The position numbers and the translations under genes were made by a program. A stretch of DNA of 64,000 nucleotides, from positions 98,704,001 to 98,768,000 of the forward strand of contig NC_087437.1 in NCBI RefSeq assembly GCF_036321535.1, given 5' to 3'. Of the stretch, positions 62,108-64,000 are shown piece by piece; position 1 is the first letter of the stretch, and every line of letters starts with the position of its first letter. The notes under the pieces were generated by a model that saw only the letters and a list, made by a program, of their open reading frames with translations, was not told the DNA's origin and made no database searches. Source of the stretch: Camelus dromedarius. Lineage: Eukaryota.

Positions 62108-62613
62108 TGGACTGTCAGGACTGAAGATCTGGTTCAATATTATTTGCTGCTTGACGGCTGCTAAAATTAGGAGAGCCTTGAATGGCCGAATCCCAACTTC
62201 CCCTTTGCTCTCTGCTCCTGTGAATGAGGTCCCCCAGTCAAACCACCCTTCCTATTGAGGGGACCAGGGGCAGCTCCTGCTTATCCCTGATCCCAGCTTT
62301 CAGCTCCTTGCCAGACTGCATTATTCCAACAAGCCAATTACATCCTTCCGGGGGAAACAGAGTACCTCACTCTCGATACTACGAAGCTTGCCTCTCACAG
62401 CTTCTGTTGTTCACTCTGCTCCCACTTGGAACCCCCACATGTCCACCCACGGCATCTAGTGTCCTCCTCTCCCAGCCTGTGAGTATAGGTGACTGATAAA
62501 CCGCTGACTGTCTCCTCTGTCCAGTGTCAGGTGCTGTGTGTTTGGCCATCCCCATAACCCTAGGGTTGGAACCCCTCAGTCACCAATGGGGTGAAGAAGA
62601 GGCAATTAAAACA
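62108..62613 (+). mobile_element. ERVL-class solo LTR (MER74/MER54-like)
   Basis: TG...CA termini with perfect 5-bp TSD ATCCA (62103-62107, 62614-62618); gctgtgagtataggtgactgataaac, tgtttggccatcccataaccctaggg, caccaatggggtgaa. Confidence 0.8.
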
Positions 62614-63948
62614 ATCCACATTTATGAATTCTTATCCAGTGCTACATAATTTTTCTTGGTCTTCTTTTCTTCAGTGATTTCCACCTTTATCCCACAAAAA
62701 TCACTGCTTGGGTGAAGCCAGCAAATCGTTCCAGTATAATAAGACACTGGAATTGATGTGCTTTTTAATTGGGTGTAAATGTGGATGTCATAATCACAGT
62801 CAAGGGGTAAATGAACAGAAAACTTTTAAGCAGCTAGTTGCTTCACAAGAACTAGAAGGAGTGATGACTACGTGGACAGTACCCAAATTATTGTAGTCAA
62901 AGAAGAAAGAAAAATATGCATCTGTTTAGCAACAATTCGATGAAAAAGACTATCCAATTCTACATTTCCCATAAAAACTTAGAAGATGCCATGTAAATTC
63001 ACAAATCCACAGATAATTGCCTTTTCTATTTTCATTAATGGTTTAACTTTTCTTTCAAATCTTACCTCACATGCCAGACATTAGAAGGAAAAAAAACATG
63101 ACCAGCTGAATTCTTTGTACCTTTACTTCACATCTGCTCCCTCCAGACATTGATAAGCAAGTGCATTGGATATAGGTGGACATTAAAGATGATTCACAGG
63201 GTGTGAGCAATGGAAAGGATTTAAGAAACTCCCTAATCCAACCGTCCACTTCTCACTGAATAAAGGGATGTGAAAATGAGGTTCAGTAAACTGTCTGCGG
63301 TGAGTGTCAGATGTCAGTGTTGGGCTTTCTAACACTCAGCCCAGTTCTCTTTCAGCCCACTGCCTCCCACCAAATTGACTGAAAATGGACTCGATAATTT
63401 GGCCAGATTCCTAATATGGTAGCCTAGCATATTCACTGAATGACAATGTAGTGCATTAAGAAAACAATTTCCTTTTTACCCTGAGTCAGACAACATTTTT
63501 TGGAGAATCTGGAAAACACATATTATAAGTATTAAGGAGACTCTAGAACTCATAAATGAACTGATCAGTAATATTATTTGGTGTCCTTTAAAGTTAACAA
63601 AATGTGAAATGATCTTACAGTTAAATATTAGGGAGACATAATTACACAAATAGCAAACTTCTGTAGGATCAGCGGAGACCAGGGTTTTCCCCCTGTTTGA
63701 CCTGTATGCATGTGCTAGTGCAAACTACACAAGAGAATAAAGTCAACCAGCAGCAGCATGAGCTACAGGCCAAAACTGAACTAAAAATGGAGCCCTAGGA
63801 AACAGAGCCCTGAGAGGTAAGAAGAGATTCTAGAGGAATGATCTGAAGTTGAGAAGGGAGTTCTTTGCAAAGCCAGACTAGACCAGACCAAACAGCACAA
63901 AGAAACTGAATAAAAGGAGGGCATACTAAATAGCAAGGAAAATTTCAA

Positions 63949-63974
63949 ACACACACACACACACACACACACAC
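63949..63974. repeat. (CA)n microsatellite
   Basis: Seen directly. Confidence 0.95.
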
Positions 63975-64000
63975 CTCTCTTCTAAAAATATGTGACCCAA

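Noticed and set aside
1-64000. CRISPR arrays, prokaryotic operons, rRNA, NUMTs or processed pseudogenes
   Set aside because: No regularly spaced repeats, long ORFs, or rRNA-like or mitochondrial-like sequence were seen; the window is mammalian nuclear DNA.

Overview
Mammalian genomic DNA: AT-rich, CpG-depleted, dense in interspersed repeats, with four assembly gaps. It is most likely camelid (alpaca, llama or camel), because it carries two copies of a Vic-1-like tRNA-Ala-derived SINE and cetartiodactyl-type L1 3' UTRs, and I saw no Alu, BovB/Bov-A2 or PRE1. I could not recognise any known protein-coding gene, and the window reads as intergenic or intronic. Nearly all ORFs in the supplied track are short chance ORFs, repeat-derived, or artefacts of N runs. 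The best-supported content is transposable elements: MIR, L2, HAL1, L1M and L1_Art-type LINEs, MLT1 and MER74/54-like solo LTRs, MER20, MER53, MER81 and Tigger3, plus a three-tier nest at 50.9-52.5 kb (MIR > Tigger3 > internally deleted ERV1). The repeat-poor 17.5-30.5 kb block holds a CpG-rich promoter-like patch (~19.7-20.0 kb) and several unverified exon-like segments on both strands, including a phase-consistent three-exon 111-aa ORF on the + strand. These could be chance and are hypotheses only. Repeat family names come from my recall of consensus motifs, not from a database search, and most repeat boundaries are approximate. I found no convincing evidence of a novel biological system.
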